The translations under genes were made by a program, and so were the position numbers. This document shows, piece after piece, positions 35,504-45,995 of a stretch of 64,000 nucleotides of DNA (position 1 is the first letter of the stretch; each line of letters opens with the position of its first letter). Location: positions 47,256-111,255 of the forward strand of contig DATBAV010000042.1 in assembly GCA_036271315.1 (NCBI GenBank), written 5' to 3'. The notes under the pieces are model-generated. The model had not been told where the DNA came from and did no database searches. It saw nothing but the letters and a program-made list of their open reading frames with translations. Origin of the DNA: Solirubrobacterales bacterium (lineage in GTDB: Bacteria > Actinomycetota > Thermoleophilia > Solirubrobacterales > 70-9).

Positions 35504-36832
35504 GTGGAGGCGTCAGGCGAGTCCCTTGAGGGAGTTGAGCTTTTTGAGGTCTCCCGAGATCCTCGGACCGCCGCTCCAGACGCCGGTTTCGAGAGCGCCA
35601 ATGTCTGCCGAGTCGCCGCGTTGTCCTCACTTCTAGGCGGCGACCAACGCGCTATCGAGGGACTGAGTGCTGAACTCGAACAACTCGGTTTTCCGCCTGG
35701 GCTGAGCACGGGCGAGCAGAACTGGCGCGATGTGGATCCTGTCGATCTTGTCTTTGGCCGTGGCTTTCAGGACTTCGCCACCGAGGGCGCCGAACGCGTG
35801 AGGCAATGGCACCGGATCACGGAAAACGACGATCCCCGAGCGGGCTTTGGATTCCTGGTCGAAGTCCTGGGAAGCCAACTCGAGCGTGAGTCGGCCGCAG
35901 CCAGCGCCGCGATATGGCGACTCCTGTCTCACTACCCGGGATCGACGAGGACGCTCCCTTCGAGGATGCGGTGGGCACGATGGGCCGAGCTGCTCATCGA
36001 CACAGGCCCGGCGTGGCCCCTTGAGTTTCCCATTGGTCCGAGGGAAGGCTCCGAGGGACCTCGTTTCGTTGGCTGGGATGGTGAGAGCTGGGGTGCGGTC
36101 TTCAACCAAAACATGAGGGATATAGGCGACTCGACCGAAGAGGCGATCACCCTGCTCCTCCTGACTCGAATGCGGCTCGATCTTGCCCTGCGCTCTCCAG
36201 ACCAAGTAACAAGGTCACTCGCGCACGCGGCTCTGGCGCCGGCGCCAGTCGATCATGCGCCCCCACCGGGCGAGCCTGTCGGTGAATCGGCCAGGGCCGA
36301 AGAGGTCTCAACGATGATCCACGGCACCTGGGGCTGGAAGGGAAGTTGGTGGCGGCCCGGCGGAGACTTCCACGAATTCATTCTCAAAGAGCACCGGCCC
36401 AATCTCTACAGCCGAGGCGGTCGATTCAGCTGGAGTGGCGCATACAGTGAGAATCAGCGCGAACGTGCGGCACGCGACTTCTTGGAATGGACCGAAGACC
36501 TCGCCCCGGGTGGCCTGCAGAGCGTCTTCGCGCATAGCTACGGCGGTGAGATCGCAGCGCGGGCACGGCTGGAGGGGACGCCGATTAAGGAGTTGGTTCT
36601 TCTCAGCGTCCCGGTCGGCGATCGCGTTGAAGCGGCGGCCGGCTTGCTTCCTCGCGTCGTCGACATCAGACTCGACTTCGATCCGGTCTTGGCCCTAGCC
36701 CGGAGTGGTCAGCGGCTGCCGTCCGCACCGAATACCACGGTGATTTTCCTCGGCTGGCGCCTGGGCCACAGCGCCTCTCACAGTGCGGCTGTGTGGAGTC
36801 AAGAGGATGTGGCGCGCCAAGCTGGGATCTAG
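35504..36832 (+). CDS. unknown N-terminal domain fused to a putative alpha/beta-hydrolase (esterase/lipase-like) domain; start uncertain
   Basis: The C-terminal ~170 aa carry IHGTWG (oxyanion-type) and AHSYGG (GxSxG-like nucleophile elbow). The N-terminal ~270 aa have no motif I recognise. Confidence 0.6.
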   Translation: MEASGESLEGVELFEVSRDPRTAAPDAGFESANVCRVAALSSLLGGDQRAIEGLSAELEQLGFPPGLSTGEQNWRDVDPVDLVFGRGFQDFATEGAERVRQWHRITENDDPRAGFGFLVEVLGSQLERESAAASAAIWRLLSHYPGSTRTLPSRMRWARWAELLIDTGPAWPLEFPIGPREGSEGPRFVGWDGESWGAVFNQNMRDIGDSTEEAITLLLLTRMRLDLALRSPDQVTRSLAHAALAPAPVDHAPPPGEPVGESARAEEVSTMIHGTWGWKGSWWRPGGDFHEFILKEHRPNLYSRGGRFSWSGAYSENQRERAARDFLEWTEDLAPGGLQSVFAHSYGGEIAARARLEGTPIKELVLLSVPVGDRVEAAAGLLPRVVDIRLDFDPVLALARSGQRLPSAPNTTVIFLGWRLGHSASHSAAVWSQEDVARQAGI

Positions 36833-36837
36833 TAAAG

Positions 36838-39036
36838 CTAAGGGGAGGAGGGCTCTGGCTCCGCGGCCCCGCTCTCGAAGCTGAGGTCGGGCAGCGCCCG
36901 ATCGAGCCAGGAGGGCATCCACCAGTTCCAGCCGCCGAGCAGCTTCATCGCCGCCGGCACCAGGATCAGGCGGACCAGGGTCGCGTCGAGGGCGATCGCC
37001 ACCGCGCAACCGAGGCCGAGCTCCTTGATCGAGGGCACACCGGTGAGGACGAAGACGGCGAAGACGCAGGTCATGATTAGCGCCGCCGAGGAGATCGTGC
37101 GGGCGCTGGTCGAGAGCCCTTCGGCGACGGCCCGTTCGTTGTCGCCGTGCTCGAGGTAGTGCTCGCGGATCCGCGACATCAGGAAGACCTCGTAGTCCAT
37201 CGAGAGGCCGAAGACGATGGCGAAGATCAGCGGCACGTTGATCGTGTCCAGCGCGCCCTGGTTCTCGAAGCCGAGCAAGCTGTCGAACCAGCCCCACTGG
37301 AAGATCGCGACGAGGACGCCGAAGGCCGCCCCGATCGACAGCAGGTTCATCAGCACCGCCTTCAGCGGCAACAGCAGCGAGCGCAGCATCACCATCAGCA
37401 CCAGGTAGCTGAGCGCGAGGACGAAGAGAACGATCTTCCACATCGAGCCGCTGATCTGAGCGCGGGCGTCCTGGCTGCGCGCGGTTTCGCCACCGACGTC
37501 GACGGGTGCGACACGGGCGAGCGCCGTAGCCGGGACGACGTTGTCGCGCAGCCGTTCGACCAGGGCGATGGTCGCGTCGGACTCGCTGGGAGCGCTCGGC
37601 GTGGCCTGGAACAGGACGCTGGAGCCGGAGAAGGCGGGCGGCGCCACGGCGCTGACGCCGGGAGTCGAATCGATCGTGCGGGCGAAGCCAGCGATCGCCG
37701 CGCGGTCCTTGCGCGCCTGGCCGGCGCTGTCGAAGGAAGCGACCATCAGCACCGGATCGGTGCCGCCGCCGAGCTGCTTGGAAGCGAGTTCGTTGCCGAT
37801 CCGCACGTCGCTGTCCTTGGGGAACTGGGTCAGCGCCTGGGTCCCGGTTTCGATCGAGAGCAGCGGGATCGCCAGGGTCAGCAGCACGGCCGAGACCCCG
37901 ATGACGGCGCGCCACGGATGCGCCATCACTCGCGCGGTCCAGCGCACCCAGAAGGCCTCGCGATCGGGCCGCTCGCCGCGCCGGCGGAAGAAGCCGAGCG
38001 CCTTGGCGACGATCCCGCCCGGCAGCACGCGGTCGCCGAGCATCGCGATCAGCGCCGGCAGCAGCGTCGTCGCGGTCAGGATCGAGACCGCGACCACGGT
38101 CATCGCCCCCAGCGCCATCGAGCGCAGCGCCTGGTTATCGACCATCCAGAGGCCGGCCAGCGAGACGATCACGGCGAGGCCGGAGAAGGCCACCGCCAGG
38201 CCCGAGGTGGAAAGAGCCTCGGCCCGTGCCGCCTCCGGATCGCGGCCGCGGGCGCGCTCCTCGCGGTAGCGGGCGAGGATGAAGAGCGAGTAGTCGATCG
38301 CCACCCCGATCCCGATCATCGAGGCCATGTTGGTGACGAAGACCGAGGTCTCGACCTGCAGCGAGATGAAGTAGATCAGCGCCCCGGTGACCATCACGCT
38401 GACGAAGCCGAGCACCAGTGGCAGCGCCGCGGCGGCGAGCGAGCCGAAGATGACGAGCAGGATGATCGCGACGATCGGGAAGCCACCGGCCTCCGCTTTG
38501 GAGAGGTCCTTCTTCGAGAGCTCCTGCATTCCGGCCCAGATCGTCGGCTGCCCGGCCATGTAGGTGGTGACGCCGTTGACGGCGGTGCCGGGGTCGAGGT
38601 CTTCGCGCAATTCGGCGGCCGAGTCGATCTGGCGGTCGGAGGACTGTTCGCTGTGCAGGGGCAGCATCGCCGTCCCGGTCCGCTGCAGCGCGACCTCGGC
38701 CCGGCTGGCCGTGGCCGGCGGCAGGGTCACCTTGTCGAGGCCGGCGACGGCGCGACGCACCCGGTCGATTGCGCTGGCGCGGGCGGCGGCACTTGCGCCC
38801 TCTTCGGCCTGCAGCAACACCGCGATGCCGCCAGTCTTGGCGCTGAAGTCGTCCTTGAGCGAGTCGCTGACCGCCTTCGACTGAGTGCCGGGAACGTCGA
38901 AGCCGCCTCCGGTCAGGTGATCGGTCTGATGCGAGGCGATCGGCAGCGCAACGGCAACGACCGCGATCCAAGCCGCCAGGACCCAGCGGCGCCGGCGCCC
39001 CAGGAATCCCGCGAGTCTGACCATGAAGTCACGCAT
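36838..39036 (-). CDS. MMPL-family (RND superfamily) membrane transporter
   Basis: 732 aa with duplicated MMPL halves and about 12 TM segments. It lies downstream of a TetR regulator. Confidence 0.92.
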   Translation of the reverse strand: MRDFMVRLAGFLGRRRRWVLAAWIAVVAVALPIASHQTDHLTGGGFDVPGTQSKAVSDSLKDDFSAKTGGIAVLLQAEEGASAAARASAIDRVRRAVAGLDKVTLPPATASRAEVALQRTGTAMLPLHSEQSSDRQIDSAAELREDLDPGTAVNGVTTYMAGQPTIWAGMQELSKKDLSKAEAGGFPIVAIILLVIFGSLAAAALPLVLGFVSVMVTGALIYFISLQVETSVFVTNMASMIGIGVAIDYSLFILARYREERARGRDPEAARAEALSTSGLAVAFSGLAVIVSLAGLWMVDNQALRSMALGAMTVVAVSILTATTLLPALIAMLGDRVLPGGIVAKALGFFRRRGERPDREAFWVRWTARVMAHPWRAVIGVSAVLLTLAIPLLSIETGTQALTQFPKDSDVRIGNELASKQLGGGTDPVLMVASFDSAGQARKDRAAIAGFARTIDSTPGVSAVAPPAFSGSSVLFQATPSAPSESDATIALVERLRDNVVPATALARVAPVDVGGETARSQDARAQISGSMWKIVLFVLALSYLVLMVMLRSLLLPLKAVLMNLLSIGAAFGVLVAIFQWGWFDSLLGFENQGALDTINVPLIFAIVFGLSMDYEVFLMSRIREHYLEHGDNERAVAEGLSTSARTISSAALIMTCVFAVFVLTGVPSIKELGLGCAVAIALDATLVRLILVPAAMKLLGGWNWWMPSWLDRALPDLSFESGAAEPEPSSP

Positions 39037-39158
39037 TGGCTGGACAGCCAGCTTTTCGAATCGACGTCTGCCCGTCTGTGAGTGCGATCACTCCAAACGG
39101 TTCCCGCCGTGCGTTTGCCGTCCTACTCGTGGAGAAGGAGCAGTGCAGCCGGCGTGGG

Positions 39159-39767
39159 CTACTCGGAGATCAGCAGGTAACGGCCCGAGGCGGCGGCAAC
39201 GGCCAGACCGCCGCTGATGTTGCGCTCGGTGTCGGAGAGTGCCTGCAGGGCGAAGCCGTCGGCGATCGCGAAGAGGAAGGAGACGATCTCCTCGGCGTCG
39301 TGGCGGAGCTTGAGTACGCCCTCCTGTTCCTTAGCGCGCAAGACGTCGGCGACGTGCGAGCGGGTGCGCTCGAAGAGCTGGCCGACCTCACGCTGGATCT
39401 CCGGGTTGCGGCGGCCGGCGCTGAAGAGCTCGTAGAGAAGCAGGAAGAAGGTTGGCTCGTTCTCGATCAGGTCGGTGAGGCTGGCGAGCAGGACGTCGAT
39501 TACGTCGTCGACCGTCTCCGCCTTGGCCAGCGGTTCGTCGAGCCGCGCCACGCGGATCTCGGCGTCGCGGCGCACGACCTCGACCAACAAGCGCTCCTTG
39601 GTCCCGAAGTAGTAGTGGAGCAGGCCGCGGCTTACGCCCGCCTCGCGGGCAACGTGCTCGAAGGTCGAGCCGGCCGCACCGCGCTTGGCGACGCTGACCC
39701 GCATCGCATCAATGATGCGCTGCGCCTTCTCGCCACTGAGCTCACGTTCCTTAGTCGCCGCCTCCAT
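39159..39767 (-). CDS. TetR-family transcriptional regulator
   Basis: N-terminal TetR HTH (GAAGSTFEHVAREAGVSRGLLHYYFGTKE). 202 aa. Confidence 0.9.
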   Translation of the reverse strand: MEAATKERELSGEKAQRIIDAMRVSVAKRGAAGSTFEHVAREAGVSRGLLHYYFGTKERLLVEVVRRDAEIRVARLDEPLAKAETVDDVIDVLLASLTDLIENEPTFFLLLYELFSAGRRNPEIQREVGQLFERTRSHVADVLRAKEQEGVLKLRHDAEEIVSFLFAIADGFALQALSDTERNISGGLAVAAASGRYLLISE

Positions 39768-39809
39768 TAAGTCAGTTTACGTCGCCCAGGCGGATAGATG
39801 ACCAACGCT

Positions 39810-39943
39810 GCCTGGCATGCTCGAGGGGGCGCGCCCGGCCAAGCTGGGCGCCACACGCCGACTAGCGAATAGCAGCGCTATCCGCGAGAAGGCGGGCGGT
39901 GGTCCAGCGCCGCGCCGGCGCGTCATCCGCGGGTATGCCAGGC
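39810..39943. repeat. dyad region with the central 16-mer CGAATAGCAGCGCTAT (family 2, weaker copy)
   Basis: GCCTGGCAT (39810-39818) pairs with ATGCCAGGC (39935-39943). The 16-mer at 39866-39881 is identical to 44528-44543 and sits near the dyad centre. Confidence 0.45.
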
Positions 39944-39954
39944 GAGGCGGTCGT

Positions 39955-40380
39955 CTAGCTGCCGTTGATACTCGTGGTAGACGTGTACTCGAACTCCTCC
40001 TCGGCGCCGAAGAGGGCATCGAGCACCGTTTTGCGCGCATCCTCGCTGAGGATCAGGGCGACGGCGGCACCGACCAGGCCGAGCAGGACGATGCGACCGA
40101 GGCGGCTCTTCTTGCGCTTCTTCGGCGCCCGGAACGCCTCGGAGGCGTCACGCAGGTTCTCCGCCGCGACCTTGAGATCGCGCTGCACCTTCTTGTCGCT
40201 GGTGACTGCCTTGACCGTGCCGCCGTTGCTGGTCGCGCGGCCGTAGGCACCCTTCGCCGCTTCGAACGCCTTCTTCAGGCTGTCGCGCAGTTCTTCGTCC
40301 TCGATCAGTCGCCCCACGTAGGGGTTCTCGCGTGCGGTCGCATAAAGGTCGGCGGCCTGGGTCGCCTTCGTCTTGCTCAT
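39955..40380 (-). CDS. hypothetical protein with a single TM segment
   Basis: 141 aa with SD GAGGAGAAGG upstream of the ATG. A basic stretch KKRKKSR precedes the TM helix IVLLGLVGAAVALIL. Confidence 0.65.
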   Translation of the reverse strand: MSKTKATQAADLYATARENPYVGRLIEDEELRDSLKKAFEAAKGAYGRATSNGGTVKAVTSDKKVQRDLKVAAENLRDASEAFRAPKKRKKSRLGRIVLLGLVGAAVALILSEDARKTVLDALFGAEEEFEYTSTTSINGS

Positions 40381-40440
40381 GCCTTCTCCTCGCTGGATTC
40401 TCCTGGGGTACCCAGAATAACTCGCATCGATCGGGGGGCG

Positions 40441-41991
40441 TCAGCCCGGGCCGATGCCGTCCAGCAATACCCCGTTGGTGCGGAAGCCAAGCTTGGCGTT
40501 GCGAACCGTGCGCAGCCTCAACGGCCTCAACTCCGAACCCGGCGTGGCGAAGCGCCGCACGTAGAGCCGGCCGACGCGCTCGTAGCCGACTTCGCGGAAG
40601 CCGGAACCGAAAAGGCGGGCCGGGGGCGGGGGCGCCTTGCCGTCGGAGATGAAATCGATTTCGCCCACCCACCAGCGGAAGCCATCGGAAGGCTGGACCT
40701 GGATCGATCCGGTCGAGAGGTAGTAGCGCAGCGAGGCCTCGCCGAGCTTCCAGGTGACCATCGCCCGCGGCACCGTCGGTTCGCCGATCGCGCTGGCGAC
40801 GGAGTCCCAGTCGGGCCGCTGCAAGGCCGGCGAGACGCTCGCCCAGATCGAGAAGCCGAGCGAGTAAGCGACCAGCAGCCCGGCGAGCACGGCGCCGCTG
40901 CGGCGGGCGCCGCGCAGGGTGAAGCCGACCGCCAGCGCGACCAGCAGCGGAACCAGCGCGGGCAGCAGGTTGCGGGCGAGGACGTAGTCCTTGCTCGGAT
41001 CTAGCAAGCCGATCGCCAGCGGGGCGACGACGGTGACTGCGGCCAGCGCCAGCGGGATGCCGGCGGCGCGGCGCTCGGCGCGCTCGCCTCGGGCGAAGAC
41101 CAGCCAAACCCCCGCGATCGCGATCAGGGCGGGCACGACCGCCAGCAATGGGTGCTCTGGCTGGGCGATGATGTCGCCGGTCTCTCCCAGGGCAAAGGTG
41201 AGGCCGGTCTCCCAGAGCCGGTGCCAGAGGCTGAAGTTGCTGATCCATTCGGCGTGGGCGAAGGACGATTGGTGGAGCAGCAGCGGCGTCAGCAGCAGGC
41301 CGGCGACGGCGACGATCCAGATGCCTGGGAAAGCCCCCCCTGCTTCCCTGCCGCGGCGGCGCAGCAGCCAGAGCGCCTCAGCGGCGATCGGGAAGGCGGC
41401 GAAGTAGTGCGTGCCGAGGGCGAGGGCCGAGGCGATCCCCCAAGCGAGTGAGTCGCGGCGGCGGCCACGATCGAGCGCCCGCACGAAATAAAGCAGCGAG
41501 ATCGCGGTCAGCAGGACGAAGAGCGCGTAGGCACGGGCCTCCTGCGAGTACCAGAGCAGCATCGGGTTGACCGCGACCAGGGCGGCGGCGACGATTCCGG
41601 CACGGCGGTTGCTCAGCTCGGCGCCGAGCAGGTAAGCGACCGGCACCGTGGCGACCCCGGCAACGGCCGAGACCGAGCGCAGGCCGAATTCGCCGGTCCC
41701 CGTGACCTGCGTCCAGAGCCAGGCGACCGCGTAATAGAGCGGCGGCGCCGACTCGCTGAAGCCGACCGCGTCCATCGCGTGCCAGAAGCCGTCGCGCAGG
41801 ATGCGGCTGGCGGTGACGATCTCGTCGTGGTGGTAGCTCTGCACCCCGAGCGTGGCGAAGCGCAGAGCTCCAGCAAGAACGGTGAGGCCGACAACGATCC
41901 AGAAAGTGCGGGAGCGAGCGCGCACCGCGTTGCTGATCGATTCCAGATAGGTCGAAAAGCTGCTCCTGCGCAGCGCCCCGGCGGCCTCCAT
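40441..41991 (-). CDS. GT39/ArnT-PMT-like membrane glycosyltransferase
   Basis: 516 aa with more than 10 TM helices in the N-terminal two-thirds and a soluble C-terminal domain. The conserved DE-type loop reads YHHDEIV. Confidence 0.8.
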   Translation of the reverse strand: MEAAGALRRSSFSTYLESISNAVRARSRTFWIVVGLTVLAGALRFATLGVQSYHHDEIVTASRILRDGFWHAMDAVGFSESAPPLYYAVAWLWTQVTGTGEFGLRSVSAVAGVATVPVAYLLGAELSNRRAGIVAAALVAVNPMLLWYSQEARAYALFVLLTAISLLYFVRALDRGRRRDSLAWGIASALALGTHYFAAFPIAAEALWLLRRRGREAGGAFPGIWIVAVAGLLLTPLLLHQSSFAHAEWISNFSLWHRLWETGLTFALGETGDIIAQPEHPLLAVVPALIAIAGVWLVFARGERAERRAAGIPLALAAVTVVAPLAIGLLDPSKDYVLARNLLPALVPLLVALAVGFTLRGARRSGAVLAGLLVAYSLGFSIWASVSPALQRPDWDSVASAIGEPTVPRAMVTWKLGEASLRYYLSTGSIQVQPSDGFRWWVGEIDFISDGKAPPPPARLFGSGFREVGYERVGRLYVRRFATPGSELRPLRLRTVRNAKLGFRTNGVLLDGIGPG

Positions 41992-42045
41992 CAGACGGCT
42001 GGCTCCTGGGCAGCGTGTGTGCGGGGTGCGGGGGTCAACCGTCTA

Positions 42046-44427
<2,382 letters not shown>

Positions 44428-44453
44428 CAGTGCCGCCTCTCGTGGGTGGGCAC

Positions 44454-44620
44454 TAGGAGTGGCTGGGGGAACCCGCGTGCGTGGGTCGGCGAGCGCCGGA
44501 CCAAGCGGGACAAGGACGCAGGGAGGCCGAATAGCAGCGCTATTCGGCCGACTGAGGACGCCGTACCGCGCAGCGTCCGCCGCCGCCGGACGCGTGCGGG
44601 GGTTCCCCCAGCCACTCCTA
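44454..44620. repeat. 167-nt dyad element filling the hsp20-lon spacer (family 2, strong copy)
   Basis: 21-bp perfect arms are TAGGAGTGGCTGGGGGAACCC (44454-44474) and GGGTTCCCCCAGCCACTCCTA (44600-44620). The central hairpin is GGCCGAATAG-cagcg-CTATTCGGCC (44525-44549). Confidence 0.8.
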
Positions 44621-45013
44621 TTCCCTCCCGATCGGGATCCGGCGGGTGGTCTCGGACGGATCGCGCAGCGGCAGCTCGATCCGCAGCACCCCGTCTTCAT
44701 AGGTCGCCGTGGCCCGCTCGGCGTCGACGTCGACCTGCAGCTCGACCACGCGGCGGAAGGGGCCCGAGGGAATCTCCACCTGCTGGTAGACCCGTCCCTC
44801 GGTCTCCTGCACCTGACGCTCGCCGACTATCGCCAGCTGCCGAGTCCCCACCTCGATCCCGACCTCGTCGAGCTCGACGCCCGCAAGATCGACCTTCACA
44901 ACGGCTCGCTGTGGATCACCGCAGTAATAGACATCCACGTTGGGAGTAAATCCCCTGCTCCTGCGGCTGACGTAGGTAGTCCGCGCCCAGGCATATAGGT
45001 CCCGCTCCGGCAT
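44618..45013 (-). CDS. Hsp20/alpha-crystallin family small heat-shock protein
   Basis: Alpha-crystallin domain (VDVYYCGDP...VVKVDLAGV...DGVLRIELP). 131 aa. The TAG stop forms the end of the dyad arm. Confidence 0.9.
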   Translation of the reverse strand: MPERDLYAWARTTYVSRRSRGFTPNVDVYYCGDPQRAVVKVDLAGVELDEVGIEVGTRQLAIVGERQVQETEGRVYQQVEIPSGPFRRVVELQVDVDAERATATYEDGVLRIELPLRDPSETTRRIPIGRE

Positions 45014-45042
45014 CTGCGGAACATTAGCCGCGCTGCGCGCGG

Positions 45043-45231
45043 TCAGGCTGTTTGAGGCTGGGAGGCCCAGCGGGGGGGACGCATCAGCAAAACGGGCTGC
45101 CGAGGCGGCACCAGGCCCTCGGGCCGGTTCGGCCTGAAGGTCGTGCAGGGCTCATCGAGCTCGAGTGCGCAAAGCAAGTTCTTGCGGAAGTAACAGTCCT
45201 CGCAGGTCGGCGGTTTGGGCTTGCGCGGCAC
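45043..45231 (-). CDS. hypothetical 62-aa four-cysteine protein
   Basis: C-x2-C-x7-C-x7-C (TCEDCYFRKNLLCALELDEPC). It lies 29 nt upstream of hsp20 on the same strand, and no other ORF competes for this interval. Confidence 0.4.
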   Translation of the reverse strand: MPRKPKPPTCEDCYFRKNLLCALELDEPCTTFRPNRPEGLVPPRQPVLLMRPPRWASQPQTA

Positions 45232-45368
45232 GACGGCGATATTGCCATCGCCATGACTCTTCCGTGCGGCTCAATTCCGCAAAGCGCAACGTTCTTGACA
45301 CAGTCTCGTCACAGGTTCCCCGCGTCTTGCGGGAGCCGGCGCCGCCCGCCGCTACCATTCGGCCACGG

Positions 45369-45995
45369 ATGGAGTCTTCCAGCAGGACCGACAAGCTCGC
45401 CGCCTCGCCGCAGCTGTTCGAGAGCGACTTCCTCAACTTCTTCTCGCGGGTACACCCCTCGGTGCCGGCGATCGTCTTCGTGCCCGTGGTGATCGCCGGC
45501 GAGTGGCTCGGCGCCAGCCATGGCTACGCCGTCTGGCAGTTGCTCTTGCTCAGCCTCGCCGGGGTCGGCATCTGGACGCTGACCGAGTACTGGCTGCACC
45601 GGCTCGTCTTCCACTGGCAGCCGGACAACGCCTTCGGCCGCCGCATGCACTTCATTATCCACGGCATCCACCACGACCACCCCAACGACAAGCTGCGGTT
45701 GGTCATGCCCCCCGCCGTGGCGATCCCGCTGGCGGCGCTCTTCTTCTTCGCCTTCACGCTGATCTTCGGCACGCCGGCCACCTATCCGCTCTTCGCCGGC
45801 TTCATCCTCGGCTACCTCTTTTACGACTACACGCACTACTACGTGCACCACTTCGTCCCCAAGTCCGATTTCGGCAAGCGCCTGCGCGAGCAGCACATGC
45901 GCCACCACTTCCAGGACCACCGCTACGGCTACGGCGTCTCCTCGCCGATCTGGGACGTGGTCTTCCGGACCCTGCCCCGCAAGAGCAACCGCTAG
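45369..45995 (+). CDS. fatty acid hydroxylase / sterol desaturase family membrane protein
   Basis: Histidine boxes HRLVFH, HGIHHDHP, HYYVHH and HMRHHF. The start was moved to ATG 45369 (MESSSRTDK...). Confidence 0.85.
   Translation: MESSSRTDKLAASPQLFESDFLNFFSRVHPSVPAIVFVPVVIAGEWLGASHGYAVWQLLLLSLAGVGIWTLTEYWLHRLVFHWQPDNAFGRRMHFIIHGIHHDHPNDKLRLVMPPAVAIPLAALFFFAFTLIFGTPATYPLFAGFILGYLFYDYTHYYVHHFVPKSDFGKRLREQHMRHHFQDHRYGYGVSSPIWDVVFRTLPRKSNR

Noticed and set aside
37147-39081. 644-aa plus-strand ORF
   Set aside because: It is antisense to the MMPL transporter gene. It is low-complexity and rich in Arg/Asp/Gly/His.
44428-44700. N-terminal 91-aa extension of the Lon ORF in the track
   Set aside because: The extension reads through the hsp20-lon dyad element and into hsp20. 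It is Arg/Pro-rich. The conserved Lon N-terminus starts at MEGSPVLEVV (ATG 44427).
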